From the NCBI GenBank assembly GCA_020148025.1, contig JAHCRH010000002.1:1-60975 (forward strand): DNA of 60,975 nt. Direction: 5' to 3'. Below are positions 16,768 through 26,879 of the stretch, piece by piece. The stretch comes from Patescibacteria group bacterium (GTDB lineage Bacteria; Patescibacteriota; Minisyncoccia; Minisyncoccales; JAHCRE01). The notes below the pieces were generated by a model that searched no databases, was not told the origin of the DNA, and saw only the letters and a list, made by a program, of their open reading frames with translations. The position numbers were made by a program, and so were the translations under genes. How positions within the stretch are numbered: position 1 is the first letter of the stretch; each line of letters begins with the position of its first letter.

Positions 16768-18549
16768 CTATCCAGCGCCCCCTCCTCCTCCACCACCTCC
16801 TCCGCCAGCGCCTCCTCCGCCAGCGCCTACGCCTCCCACACCTGCTCCTCCGCCAAAAGTTCGGGCAATAGAAGATGTAAAAGAAGAAATGCTTGAAGAG
16901 AAAGAATTAAAAGATGTTGGAGCACCGCCTTTCCCACCAGGCACATAGACAGCTGGCACATACCAATTTTGCTCTTGATAAAAAAAATCAGAAAATCTTT
17001 CTGCCCATTTCTTTTCTACCCCTAAAACCAAAGCATAAGGAAGATACTTAGAAAAAGTTTCTAATGTCTCGGCTCCGAGTCTAAACCTCTCAGCAGTTTG
17101 AAGATACTCTTTAAAACCCAGTAATTTCCATTTAGCCTCTAACCCTTTTTGAGTTAAGCTTGGCATATAGTGAGCGAAAATTAAGATAATTATTGCTGAA
17201 ATAATCAAACCTAATTCAAGAATTAAAATCTGAGCAAAATATCTTATCATCTCTGCTTGCAACAAAAAAGATGTTATAAGCCAGCCGAAAAAAATGAGTA
17301 AGGCCAAAAAGAAAATTTTATAAGAAGTCTTTCCATATTCTTTCCTGACATTAAGGATATTGCCCATAAAATAACCGGTTTTTCCAACTTCTTGATGAAG
17401 CGATTTTTTTATTCCGGAAATTTCCTTATAGAATTTATTTCTCAAATCATCGCTAAAAACCGTATTTTTATTTCCAAAGATGCCTCTTATTATTTTTTGT
17501 TCAAAAGGCTTAAGGTCGCTTTCATCTTTTAACTTATCGAGGATATATTCTTGCTCCTTGAAAATAGAGAAACCTCCCCCCCTTTCTCTAATTCTCAAAT
17601 AACCCCTGACAGCTAAATTAATAATTGTTGCTGTAATATCTTTCATATCAGCGCCCTGATCAATTAAAACGCCGAATATAGCCGGAGAAAAATCTTCTGG
17701 AGGAGAATAGTGCGCTATGATAGTTTTGGCGATTTTAGGATCTTTACCCCTCTTTCTCCAGCCGATATACATTTTAACAAAAAAGAAAATTGGCAGAGCT
17801 AGGGCAATCAATAAAATTGTCCAATTAATCATCTGGTTGCGATAAAGAAAAGGCTTGGTAACTATTCCTTTGGGCCAAGTTACGACTATGGTCAAAAAAT
17901 TATGCGGTCTTATATTATACTCCCAAAATCTAACTGTTTTACCATCGATAATCTCGTAATTATTACTTTGAGTTTTACTTCCTAATCTTCCAACAAACAT
18001 TTTCTGATTTATCTCCTCTTTTACAAATTGAGCAGGAAGATGCACAATCACTTCTGCTTCTCTTACATCAACTTCTCTATCTTCAAAAATAGCATTCCAA
18101 TAAAGCTCATCCCATTCCTCATAAAAACCCAGGCCCCCGTGAACTTTGTATTTTACTGTCCAAGATTTCAACTCGTTATCAAAAACTCTCCGGGGAAAGT
18201 CCCATTGAACACTTACCCTGTTTCCTTTATAGGAGACCTTATACTCATTGTTATTTAATTTTTTTTCCTGACTGTCGAAAACCTCAATATTGGAAATATG
18301 GTCTAAATCCTTCAGTTCTACATCACGATAGAAATAACCAAAGCTCCCCGTCAAATTGTAGGTCTGTTTTTCCGTAACTTCAAAAGTACTATCTTGATTA
18401 ATTTGAATATCTACCTCAATTGAGTGATAATAATAACTTTTTTCCAAAGCAGCCTGGCAAAAATGATAATTCCCTGCTTCAAGAAGTAAGGAGGCAAAAA
18501 ATATCAAGAAAAATAGTCCAAAACTGAATTTTTTTAACTTTTGAAACAT
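16768..18549 (-). CDS. DUF2207-type membrane protein with poly-Gly C-terminus
   Basis: Signal peptide, large extracytoplasmic domain, several TM helices, and a GGGAGVGGVGAGGGGAGGGGGGGGGGAG tail. Its position beside lemA is the classic pairing. Confidence 0.75.
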   Translation of the reverse strand: MFQKLKKFSFGLFFLIFFASLLLEAGNYHFCQAALEKSYYYHSIEVDIQINQDSTFEVTEKQTYNLTGSFGYFYRDVELKDLDHISNIEVFDSQEKKLNNNEYKVSYKGNRVSVQWDFPRRVFDNELKSWTVKYKVHGGLGFYEEWDELYWNAIFEDREVDVREAEVIVHLPAQFVKEEINQKMFVGRLGSKTQSNNYEIIDGKTVRFWEYNIRPHNFLTIVVTWPKGIVTKPFLYRNQMINWTILLIALALPIFFFVKMYIGWRKRGKDPKIAKTIIAHYSPPEDFSPAIFGVLIDQGADMKDITATIINLAVRGYLRIRERGGGFSIFKEQEYILDKLKDESDLKPFEQKIIRGIFGNKNTVFSDDLRNKFYKEISGIKKSLHQEVGKTGYFMGNILNVRKEYGKTSYKIFFLALLIFFGWLITSFLLQAEMIRYFAQILILELGLIISAIIILIFAHYMPSLTQKGLEAKWKLLGFKEYLQTAERFRLGAETLETFSKYLPYALVLGVEKKWAERFSDFFYQEQNWYVPAVYVPGGKGGAPTSFNSFSSSISSFTSSIARTFGGGAGVGGVGAGGGGAGGGGGGGGGGAG

Positions 18550-18713
18550 GTCTTTTAGGAAAAAAAGATAAATTTATTATATCAAACCCCGAATGAAAAA
18601 TGGATGAAGAAATTTTACTATATATTTTATTCTGAAACCCAAAAAATCGCCGTTTAGGCGATCTTTTACGAGCTCGGGGTCTTGGACGGTGTTAGAACCT
18701 GCTTGGTGAAAAG

Positions 18714-19367
18714 TTAATGTATTGATTTTACTGTTTTCAATTCACCTAAAAAACAATAGTGTCTTCCATCAGAATTAACCCAGATATCATAAATTTTAAA
18801 ATTGTTAAATTCTTTCCTTAAAAGCTTCTTATTAAACCAATAATGTATCAATCCTTTTTCTTCATGGCTTAATGGAACAAAAGTTCTCGGGGCTATAAAT
18901 TTTATTTTCCACAATTTTTCTTTTGGTATTTCTTTTATAGACCCCTTTTTGCTCACGGTAATAAAGATAAAACCTTTTGGTTTGAGGATTCTTTCTATTT
19001 CTTTTATCAATTTTCTTATATTTCTTATCTTGTTATGATGTAAGGCTTGTGTGCTAATCAATGCATCAAAAAAATTATTTGGATAAGGTAATTTTTTATA
19101 AATATTATTAACTTTTAAGTTGGAACTTAATTTTTCTTTTTTTAACCAACTTTGCGTAATTCTGATTCCTTTTGGAGCAATATCAATTCCATAAACTTCA
19201 AAACCGTGCTTAGCCAAATAAACTATGTGTCTTCCTGAACCACAACCCAAATCAAGAACTTTTTTAACACCTTTTTTCTTAAATAGCTTTACAATCTTTG
19301 GTATATCTTTTTGGGGCTTAAGAAAAACTCTTCCGTGTTTTTTAAATATCTTATTCCATTGTTTCAT
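18714..19367 (-). CDS. Class I SAM-dependent methyltransferase
   Basis: Motif I VLDLGCGSGRH. Confidence 0.8.
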   Translation of the reverse strand: MKQWNKIFKKHGRVFLKPQKDIPKIVKLFKKKGVKKVLDLGCGSGRHIVYLAKHGFEVYGIDIAPKGIRITQSWLKKEKLSSNLKVNNIYKKLPYPNNFFDALISTQALHHNKIRNIRKLIKEIERILKPKGFIFITVSKKGSIKEIPKEKLWKIKFIAPRTFVPLSHEEKGLIHYWFNKKLLRKEFNNFKIYDIWVNSDGRHYCFLGELKTVKSIH

Positions 19368-19483
19368 AAATTTTCTTCATTCTACCAAAAAATCGCCCTC
19401 TTGGCGATAAATAAAAATTGCCTAGCGATGGGCTTTTTGAAAAATATTTCGGGTATCCCCCACCCTACCACTTACTATTTCTT

Positions 19484-21148
19484 TTAAGTAGCACTTAAGG
19501 TTTCCGCTTTTGTTTCTCGTTTGGCTTTTTTCATTTTTCTTTCCAGCCTCTTTTTACTTAGCCAACTACGAAGAGGAGGATAAAACTTCTTAGAGAAAAG
19601 AGTCAATACCAGTCCCAATAAAAGCCATAGATACCACATTTTTAAAAGAGATTTTAGCATTAATCCTATAGTAGCTACCCACGTTCCGGATTCTTTAGCC
19701 CACATTCCGGATCTTTCAAGAGTAATTTTTACTGAATCAGAAACAGATAAGTTTTCCACATTAACATTTCCACTAATTTCTGTTTCAGTTTTTTCGATAT
19801 CGATGAGTTCATTTGGAGACATTTCTCCTCTAAAAGTGATTGTTTTTATTGTATTCGATGAGAGAGAGCCTGTATCAATACCGTCTCTAATATCGCCTGT
19901 ATAAGGAACTCCATCAATTTTTAATTCGCCCTTATAGATTATTTCCTGGGGAATTTCTGCTTTGACAATTACGTTATTAAGAATTTCTGGACTATTGTTG
20001 ACAACAACTATAAGAAAATCGGATTTTTCCTCAGGTTTTATATCAAACTCTTCCTTCCATTCCGTAGGAGTGGTTTCTGTTTTTCCTAAAATTGAAATTA
20101 TAAGACCGCAATCTCTAGAACATGTACAATTATTCTCCTCACAATTACAAATATCATCACCACAGTGGTTACAATTTTCACAATAATCTGTTGAACCAAC
20201 CTGACAGGTTGTTTCATCACATTTCAATTCATTAAAACATTTTCCATCTTGACATCCATCTATGGTGCACTCATTATCATCAGAACAATCTTGATATTTG
20301 TCCTGTCTTATTCCTTTTGAATCAAACCAATAAAGGTCATTATCATAACAATTTTTTATATAATGTTTAATATAAGTGGTTTGGGGTTGAGCACACTCTG
20401 AACTGTATTGACATTGAGAATAACCAACCACACAAACTTCCTTAGAGGAACAGTCATCAGAAACCAACCACCTGGTCCAAGGCGTCCAATCACTCCATCT
20501 TCCAGAACATTGAGAGCTGTTTCCTGAACAATACCTAAATCTAGTTCTTATTCTTCTTCCAACATCAGCTCCACAAACTGAACTCCAGGGACAGCTATAT
20601 TGGGTTTGGCTTTCCGTATCGCAAATTGCCGGATAAGATTTGTAGTGACAGCCATCGCAACAGGGTCCGCTATAACATTCACATGAACCCACACATTGTC
20701 CATTTCTACAAATTTGGTTCGAAAAACAATCCTGATATTTTTCTTGTCTGCCTAATATATAATCAAACCAATAAACATCATTATTGTAACAACCCAGGTA
20801 ATCATGATAAGAAACGCTACCCAGATCGGCCTGACAGGAATAAAAACATTTTTGCTTTGAATAGCTGCAATACCATTTAGGCCTCTGATTGGCAGAACAA
20901 AATCCATATCCATAAGAGGTGCTACCTGAACATAACTGAGGTGATGACCACTCTAGGCATGAATCATAATCATAATCGTCACAAACTAACCGGTAAGTAC
21001 GATTATAACATTGAGTCTTTCCAATAAAAGGACAGTCATCTGCACAGGATGATGATTGGCCAATTGAGCCACCTAAAAGGAAAATCAGAACCGATATAAT
21101 CAGAAAAATTTTTTTGGGGTAATGATATCTCTTTTTTGGTATTCTCAT
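19484..21148 (-). CDS. Cysteine-rich secreted protein with a C-terminal TM anchor
   Basis: Signal peptide, more than 60 Cys, and an internal duplication (YNNDVYWFDYILGRQEKYQDC / YDNDLYWFDSKGIRQDKYQDC). C-terminal hydrophobic helix followed by a basic tail. Confidence 0.7.
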   Translation of the reverse strand: MRIPKKRYHYPKKIFLIISVLIFLLGGSIGQSSSCADDCPFIGKTQCYNRTYRLVCDDYDYDSCLEWSSPQLCSGSTSYGYGFCSANQRPKWYCSYSKQKCFYSCQADLGSVSYHDYLGCYNNDVYWFDYILGRQEKYQDCFSNQICRNGQCVGSCECYSGPCCDGCHYKSYPAICDTESQTQYSCPWSSVCGADVGRRIRTRFRYCSGNSSQCSGRWSDWTPWTRWLVSDDCSSKEVCVVGYSQCQYSSECAQPQTTYIKHYIKNCYDNDLYWFDSKGIRQDKYQDCSDDNECTIDGCQDGKCFNELKCDETTCQVGSTDYCENCNHCGDDICNCEENNCTCSRDCGLIISILGKTETTPTEWKEEFDIKPEEKSDFLIVVVNNSPEILNNVIVKAEIPQEIIYKGELKIDGVPYTGDIRDGIDTGSLSSNTIKTITFRGEMSPNELIDIEKTETEISGNVNVENLSVSDSVKITLERSGMWAKESGTWVATIGLMLKSLLKMWYLWLLLGLVLTLFSKKFYPPLRSWLSKKRLERKMKKAKRETKAETLSAT

Positions 21149-21292
21149 AAAAAATTATTAGATTTCTTTCTATTAGCAAATATATTTTATTGTGTCAAGG
21201 AAAGAAAAAATCCGATGAAATCCCTCAGACGAAAAAACTGCCCAGCGATAGGCTTTTGTTTGGCTCCGCCGCGCGCTGAGCAAAATAAAAAA

Positions 21293-21350
21293 CCGTTAGT
21301 TCCCTACCCTAACGGTTTTGCCTGTCAAATAATATACCTTAGCGACATTA
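21293..21350 (+). repeat. Junction repeat J1 (C-family hairpin plus degenerate arm-spacer-arm site)
   Basis: CCGTTAG-TTCCCTACC-CTAACGG (21293-21315), then ...TATACCTTAGCGACA. It lies in a divergent intergenic region, so it cannot terminate either flanking gene. Confidence 0.6.
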
Positions 21351-21410
21351 AGGTGTCCTAGCGCCATCCGCAATTCAAAAATTATTATAATTCTGGAAAA
21401 TAAGGAGTAT

Positions 21411-21482
21411 ATGGCAATGATTAAGGAGAAACTGTTGGAAATTAAGAGATTTTATAAGGGCTTAAGGTTCTCCTATCAATAA
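21411..21482 (+). CDS. Possible 23-aa upstream micro-ORF
   Basis: AAGGAG SD 4 nt before the ATG: MAMIKEKLLEIKRFYKGLRFSYQ. TATAAT at 21386-21391. Purely speculative. Confidence 0.2.
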   Translation: MAMIKEKLLEIKRFYKGLRFSYQ

Positions 21483-21512
21483 AAATTACAGGGTTTAAAT
21501 TTGGGTTTAATC

Positions 21513-21521
21513 TGGTATAAT
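21513..21521 (+). promoter_or_regulatory. Extended -10 promoter TGGTATAAT of the MTase gene
   Basis: An exact TGnTATAAT 30 nt upstream of ATG 21552. Confidence 0.5.
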
Positions 21522-21551
21522 GTATTAATAAATAAGACCGCACAAATTAAA

Positions 21552-23456
21552 ATGAACGGGATAGAAAAAGAAATTAATTACTTAATTGACAAATTCGGCA
21601 TAAAAAAAGAAAGGGCAATAATTTTAAGCTACTCTTTGCTCCTAAGAGATTATTTCCTGAATAATCTAGACAAACGGTATATGCCAAGAATTGAAAGTTT
21701 GATAGATTCACAGGTGGGATTTAGGATTGAAGATTATGACATACCTGATTTGATTATTAACGAGAATTTAAAAGAAACCCTAAACAATGGGGGGATAGAT
21801 ATAATAGGAATTTCTTACAATAAAATAATTGATAAAGAGCTAAGAAAGATTTTTGGCAAATTTTATACGCCCATTCCTTTAGTTGAACATGTATTGGATT
21901 CAATAAATTTATCTAAAAAACCGAATGGAACAGTTATGGATTTAGCTTGTGGTGCGGGGGTTTTTCTTTCCGCTGCAGTAAAAAGGTTAATTAGGCTAAA
22001 TTCTAGGCTAAATAATGAGGTTCTGTTAAATAAAATCATAGAACAAATTTATGGAATAGACATTGACGCTACTGCATGCACCTTAGCTAAATTAAGTTTG
22101 TTGGTATCAACTTTTCCTTTGTGGAAAAACATTATTCCCAAAAGAGATTTAGAAATTAAATTCAATATCTTTTGTAAAAATTCGTCACTCATTCCTCAAG
22201 GGCAAGTTTCATTATTTAAAACGGAAAGTAATAAACTCATTGAAAAATTTGACTTTGTTATAGGTAATCCGCCTTATATTGAGGCCAAAAAACTACCCAT
22301 TAAAGATAAAAAGATTTGTAGAAGAAATTTCCCAGATATAGCAAAGGGTGCATTTGATATATATATTTGTTTTATCGGCTTGGGCTTGAATCTTTTAAAA
22401 GAGGGAGGATATTTGGGTTTTGTTTTGCCAAATAAATTTTTAGTAGCGAAATATGCATCCCACATAAGAAAAAAGATTTTAGAAAATTATCACTTAACTG
22501 AAATTTGTGATATATCCAATCTAAAATATTTTGAAGGAACAGATGTTTATCCAATACTTTTAGTCGTTAAAAATAAAAAGGGAAAAGCCAAAATTAAAAC
22601 GATAAGCGGTCTAGAAAACAGGGATATGTTTGAGTCAAAAAAAATCAAATATATTAAAGTTGCACAAGAAAAATATAAATTATTAAATAAAATATTGCCT
22701 TTCTATTGTTTTGAAAAAGAAATTGACAAAAAAATACTATTTAAATTAATAAATGGAAAACAAAATAAATTGAGTGATTTTTTAGAAATTAAAACTACAG
22801 TATCTTTTCATGCTAAAGGACTAAGAGAAAAATATGTATCAAAAGACATAGACTCAAAGTATAGATACAAGTATCTAGGTGGGAAAAGCTATTCAAGGAA
22901 AAATGAAGTAAGAGCTTATCGTGTTGAATGGGATGGATATTATATCAATTATGATAATTTAGTTTTAAACAAAATAAATAATCCACTTCCACCGATTTCT
23001 AATTTCGAAAAGCCCAAAATTATATTCTGCCAGCATGCAAAAAGAATGTTAGCCTATACAGACATAAAAGGAGAGTGGGTCACAAAAGATGTTTTCCCAA
23101 TAGCGTTTCTGAAAGACAATGATGTTACTAAAACTTATTATTATACTGGCTTCTTAAACTCTAAAATTTTTTCTTTTATATATGGGGTAATTTACAAGGG
23201 AATACAAATTAGTGAGGGTTATTTTCATTTTCTCCCCAGCTTCTTGTCAGTAATTCCAGCCCCAGAAGAAAATAAATTAATAATAAAAAAAGTCGCACAA
23301 ATAGTGCAAAAATTACAAAAAAATAAAAGGATAGAAAAAAAATTAACGGAGAAAATTGATAAGCTCTTTTATAATTCTTTTAAATTAACCAAAGATGAAA
23401 TAGCCCGAGTAGAAATATATAACAAAAAATATCTAAACAAGTTTATAAGCCAGTAA
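21552..23456 (+). CDS. N6-adenine DNA methyltransferase (Eco57I/TaqI-like gamma class)
   Basis: FGKFYTP, motif I MDLACGAGVFL, motif IV VIGNPPYIEAKK, and a long C-terminal TRD. The tracked TTG start (21501) is replaced by the first ATG downstream of the promoter. Confidence 0.85.
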   Translation: MNGIEKEINYLIDKFGIKKERAIILSYSLLLRDYFLNNLDKRYMPRIESLIDSQVGFRIEDYDIPDLIINENLKETLNNGGIDIIGISYNKIIDKELRKIFGKFYTPIPLVEHVLDSINLSKKPNGTVMDLACGAGVFLSAAVKRLIRLNSRLNNEVLLNKIIEQIYGIDIDATACTLAKLSLLVSTFPLWKNIIPKRDLEIKFNIFCKNSSLIPQGQVSLFKTESNKLIEKFDFVIGNPPYIEAKKLPIKDKKICRRNFPDIAKGAFDIYICFIGLGLNLLKEGGYLGFVLPNKFLVAKYASHIRKKILENYHLTEICDISNLKYFEGTDVYPILLVVKNKKGKAKIKTISGLENRDMFESKKIKYIKVAQEKYKLLNKILPFYCFEKEIDKKILFKLINGKQNKLSDFLEIKTTVSFHAKGLREKYVSKDIDSKYRYKYLGGKSYSRKNEVRAYRVEWDGYYINYDNLVLNKINNPLPPISNFEKPKIIFCQHAKRMLAYTDIKGEWVTKDVFPIAFLKDNDVTKTYYYTGFLNSKIFSFIYGVIYKGIQISEGYFHFLPSFLSVIPAPEENKLIIKKVAQIVQKLQKNKRIEKKLTEKIDKLFYNSFKLTKDEIARVEIYNKKYLNKFISQ

Positions 23457-24357
23457 AGTTTTCCTCGGTAAATATTTCCTCAAGCCTCTTCATCTCTTCT
23501 TCTCCAATTTTTCCAATGGATTTTAACCATCTCATTAAATAAAAATATTGATTTGGATGCAACATGGGCTTTATTACTCCCTTTAAATTAATTTCTCCTT
23601 TTAAAAACTTAACGATATCGCCTGAAATAACCCCTCTTCCAGCCAAATCTATTGCCATTCTCATTACGTCAACAGAGGTTAAGTTTAAACCTCCTTTTTT
23701 CTTAATATCTGCCTCTATGTCTTTTGGTTCTAATTTCAACAAATCCTTGGGATCCGGAAATCCATTTAAATTTTTATTATAAAATTCAATCTCATGACTA
23801 CGATATGGAAACCAACTTATACCTCGCTCACTCAAAGAACCCGGTGGTAAGTAGACTCCCTCTCTCTTAACACGTTCTTTTGAAACCCATCCACATATGT
23901 ATAATTTCCATTTCTTCTGTCTTGGCGTTCCAGGTAATTCTCCATTTTTGGGGGTTTCTAGGTGCGTCATAAGATAGATGTCAGTATCTAGTTCTCTATC
24001 ATAAACCTGACGGGCGAAAAGATTGTGCTTAGCTTCCCTTGGCATACCATCGCTTCCAGCATATAACTCCTGAAAGGGCCGAATTCCACCCCTACACTTC
24101 ACATCAACTTTGACGCCGCTTTTTAATGGAAAATCAAAACCTTTAGGATGGGTGATGGGGTCTATCTCGGGAAGCCCCAATTCTTTTCTGACAACTATTT
24201 CTGCTAAAGCACCGTAGGTTTGTTCTCTTGGTCTACCGGCTTCTGGTCCCCTTACAAGAACCTTTTCTACAAACTGCACTGCTTTGAGGCGTAATTCGTA
24301 TCCTTTTGGTCCCGCTAGACCGATCTCAATTGGTTTTGGTGTGGAATATTTATACAT
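23443..24357 (-). CDS. Putative PD-(D/E)xK restriction endonuclease partner
   Basis: GFDFPLKSGVKVDVKCRGG fits D...(D/E)xK. The gene is convergent with the MTase gene and overlaps its 3' end by 14 nt. Confidence 0.45.
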   Translation of the reverse strand: MYKYSTPKPIEIGLAGPKGYELRLKAVQFVEKVLVRGPEAGRPREQTYGALAEIVVRKELGLPEIDPITHPKGFDFPLKSGVKVDVKCRGGIRPFQELYAGSDGMPREAKHNLFARQVYDRELDTDIYLMTHLETPKNGELPGTPRQKKWKLYICGWVSKERVKREGVYLPPGSLSERGISWFPYRSHEIEFYNKNLNGFPDPKDLLKLEPKDIEADIKKKGGLNLTSVDVMRMAIDLAGRGVISGDIVKFLKGEINLKGVIKPMLHPNQYFYLMRWLKSIGKIGEEEMKRLEEIFTEENFTGL

Positions 24358-24441
24358 AAATATTGATCCTGTTTTAATTTATCACCTTTTTACTTAAAAA
24401 ACAAGCTGGTTTAAAATAGAAATCGCCCAGCGATGGGCTTT

Positions 24442-24900
24442 TTATTCCTTGACTATTTTTAGAATTTTTTTACCAAAACTTTCTGCTTCCTTTAAATTTT
24501 CTTCATTTGGTCTACCTTTATTAAAAATCCTCGGCCCAAAGTTTCCGATAAGTCTACTTAAACCAAGGCAGGAAAACCCATCAATAAAAGAAATCCCCTT
24601 GTTTCTAAGTTTTTCTTTTATAATTTTGAAAGTTCTTTTGTCTCCCCAAATGTGCATCGTACAAAAAGCAGCTCCTTTTTTACCAGACATAACAGGAAGC
24701 TCATCTAAGAATTTTTCTACCTTTTTTGCAGGACCAAAACCGTGAACTGGCGTTCCTATACATAATAAATCGTAATCCTTTATATCTTCTATTTTTACAT
24801 CTTCAATTTTTTTTAGTTCAGAACTTAACCCTCTAGCAATTGCCTTAGCAACTTTTTCTGTATTTCCAGTTTCAGAATAATATAGAACTAACGCCCTCAT
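24442..24900 (-). CDS. Flavodoxin-like protein
   Basis: MRALVLYYSETGNTEKVAKAIA FMN-binding loop. Leaderless-type TGATAAAAT lies 6 nt from the ATG. Confidence 0.8.
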   Translation of the reverse strand: MRALVLYYSETGNTEKVAKAIARGLSSELKKIEDVKIEDIKDYDLLCIGTPVHGFGPAKKVEKFLDELPVMSGKKGAAFCTMHIWGDKRTFKIIKEKLRNKGISFIDGFSCLGLSRLIGNFGPRIFNKGRPNEENLKEAESFGKKILKIVKE

Positions 24901-24981
24901 ATTGTTATTTTATCAAAAAATCACCGATAAGGCGATTCTTTACTCCCCCGGAGGGATGAATCTAGAACCTGTTTGGTGAAA

Positions 24982-25659
24982 TTATTTACGTAATTTTCTT
25001 TGAACTTTTTCGCTTGTTAACTCTTTAATCGCATCAGTAGCAATCCATTTAGCAGTTCTGTGATTATTTTTTTGAATTTCTTTAGCGAATTTAACTGCCT
25101 TTTTATTTAAATTTAAATTTCTTTTACCGATTTGCCTCAATGCCCAATTAACTGCTTTTTTTACAAAGTTTCTCTCATCCATTGAGTGTTTCTTTATTAT
25201 TGGGAAAAATTTATCAAAATCTTTATCTTTGGAGTTTTTATCGTGGACTGAAAGTGTCGCCATCAGAACAAAGCCTGCCCTTTTAACAAATTCCTCTTTT
25301 CTTTTACTCCATTCAAATGCTTTTTTGTAGGCAAATTTAGTTTTATCAAAAAGATTACCACATACTTGATCACAGACATCCCAGGAATCAAAATCTCTTA
25401 CCCATTTTTCCATTTGTCTTTCAGTTACCTCACTGGGTTTATCAATAAATCCAGCAAGAATTCTAGCCTCATGAATTTCTGAGTCCCATAACTGTTGGGC
25501 GAGCTTATGACTTTTTCCAATTTTTTTTGCGATATCTCTCAGAACATAAACAGAAATACCTAAAGTATTTTTTGGATTAATGCCGAACCTTGCCATTCCA
25601 GCTACATTCTTAGGATTGGAGAGCGATTTTAATTTTTTGATGATTTCTCTATATTTCAT
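24982..25659 (-). CDS. DNA alkylation repair protein (AlkD-like HEAT-repeat glycosylase family)
   Basis: GMARFGINPKNTLGISVYVLRDIAKKIGKSHKLAQQLWDSEIHEARILA is a typical family pattern. Confidence 0.75.
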   Translation of the reverse strand: MKYREIIKKLKSLSNPKNVAGMARFGINPKNTLGISVYVLRDIAKKIGKSHKLAQQLWDSEIHEARILAGFIDKPSEVTERQMEKWVRDFDSWDVCDQVCGNLFDKTKFAYKKAFEWSKRKEEFVKRAGFVLMATLSVHDKNSKDKDFDKFFPIIKKHSMDERNFVKKAVNWALRQIGKRNLNLNKKAVKFAKEIQKNNHRTAKWIATDAIKELTSEKVQRKLRK

Positions 25660-25750
25660 ATCTATTATTCTATCAAAAAACCGCCTTCTTGGAGATTAAT
25701 ATACCTTTTCCGACAATTATTGCCCAGTGATGGGCCTTTTTAAATTCTAG

Positions 25751-26434
25751 CTAAAAGTTTGATGCTTTCTTAAGCCACTGGTCGAATTTACAATCTGGAC
25801 TATGGGGAGGCGGCGTGTTTTTTCTCAAAAGAGTAACTGCGTCTTTAAAAAGTCCTGGGATATCCGAAGGGTTCGTTTCAATTTCATGGAGTTCTTTTCG
25901 AAAAGGTAATCTGTCTTCGAAACCACTTTCTTTATTAACTATATAAAAAGCTAAATAGCCCTTCCGGGGAGTTAAAAAGCCATTTTTTTCTAAAAGAAAA
26001 GTGTAAGTATCCATCTGCAACTGAAAACGATCATACACTTTTGCGACTTTACTACCGGTGGACTTATAATCAAGTGGAGCTAATTTATCTTCGGGAAACT
26101 CTAAAATATCATCAACTGCTCCAAAAAGAGTTGCGTCTAATTCAGAATCATAATAACGTATCCCTACAAAATTACTTCGCCATTGATTTAATAAATCTTG
26201 GTTTGGAAAAAGTTTGGCATTAACATTATTGGCAATAAGCAAAGGATGGGGTTCTCCTTTTGCTCTATACCCATCGAACTCTTGCTTTAAAAGAACGTCA
26301 ACGGCCATATTAAGAGCATAAGGATAAGGTGGCGGCCTTTTGATCCCTTGTCTTTTGTTCAGCCAAAAACAATGAGGGCATTCCAAAAATAAATTTAAAG
26401 AATTAGGCGAAAGCTGAATTGGTTTATTGTTCAT
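25751..26434 (-). CDS. PD-(D/E)xK nuclease family protein (Cas4/RecB-like fold)
   Basis: N-terminal LSPNSLNLFLECPHCFWL; core GAVDDILEF...LAPLDYKS (D ... D-x-K). Confidence 0.6.
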   Translation of the reverse strand: MNNKPIQLSPNSLNLFLECPHCFWLNKRQGIKRPPPYPYALNMAVDVLLKQEFDGYRAKGEPHPLLIANNVNAKLFPNQDLLNQWRSNFVGIRYYDSELDATLFGAVDDILEFPEDKLAPLDYKSTGSKVAKVYDRFQLQMDTYTFLLEKNGFLTPRKGYLAFYIVNKESGFEDRLPFRKELHEIETNPSDIPGLFKDAVTLLRKNTPPPHSPDCKFDQWLKKASNF

Positions 26435-26495
26435 AATAATTATCTATCTTCAAAATAACTTCATTTTTAAAAAAATTCAAGAAAGAAACAAAAAA

Positions 26496-26550
26496 CCGTT
26501 AGTTCCCTACCCTAACGGTTTTCTTTGTCTTGCAAGGTGTATTGTGCGAC
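26496..26550 (+). repeat. Junction repeat J2 (C-family hairpin plus TCTTGCAA-N6-TTGTGCGA site)
   Basis: CCGTTAG-TTCCCTACC-CTAACGG at 26496-26518, then TCTTGCAA GGTGTA TTGTGCGAC at 26528-26550. Segment 26499-26550 matches 30405-30456 outside the 6-nt spacer. Confidence 0.7.
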
Positions 26551-26745
26551 ACTTTTATTGGTTCGAATCCTATCCCTCTTCCCTAATCGGTCTCGAACCC
26601 GTGTTTTAGGGGAAAAATATGGGCTTTTTGAGGCTATCCCAGAATGCCCCTCTCGGTCGGGGTGTTTTAACCTAAAATGAGACAAATGAGACAGTTTAAA
26701 AAGTAATAAAAAATAGAGTTGACTCCATTTTTATTTTTGTTATTT

Positions 26746-26774
26746 TTGACTAAAATATATTGAGGATATATAAT
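26746..26774 (+). promoter_or_regulatory. Consensus promoter of the SIR2-DUF262 operon (TTGACT-17-TATAAT)
   Basis: TTGACT at 26746-26751, exact 17-nt spacer, TATAAT at 26769-26774. The leader is about 100 nt with no obvious SD. Confidence 0.6.
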
Positions 26775-26879
26775 TATTATGATGTAATCAAGAAGGATCT
26801 GTGAATACAACTTACTGGAAAAAAAGGAAAACTACAATTCATATCTTCTATCGATATATTTATTATCCTTCTCCTTTTC

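Noticed and set aside
16768-16870. GC-rich CCTCC/GCC repeat tract as a mobile repeat.
   Set aside because: It is the coding sequence of the poly-Gly/Ala C-terminal tail typical of DUF2207 proteins, and it is in frame with a long supported ORF.
16127-18549. LemA-DUF2207 pair as a novel system.
   Set aside because: This is a widespread, already recognised gene pair. Nothing unusual is seen here beyond the poly-Gly tail.
8419-19500. Integron hypothesis: a tyrosine recombinase followed by an array of short single-gene cassettes separated by hairpins.
   Set aside because: The recombinase lacks the IntI-specific insertion between the GKG..R and HxxR regions. The cassettes point toward it rather than away from it. 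Each gene has its own promoter. The hairpins are terminator-like, not attC-like (no R''/L''-L'/R' structure).
26551-26610. tRNA gene or tRNA-derived attachment site (GGTTCGAATCC at 26560-26571, and an opposing TCGAACC at about 26586).
   Set aside because: No complete cloverleaf can be drawn: the T stem pairs 4 of 5 positions and there is no acceptor, anticodon or D arm. It is kept only as a possible remnant within the junction-repeat finding.
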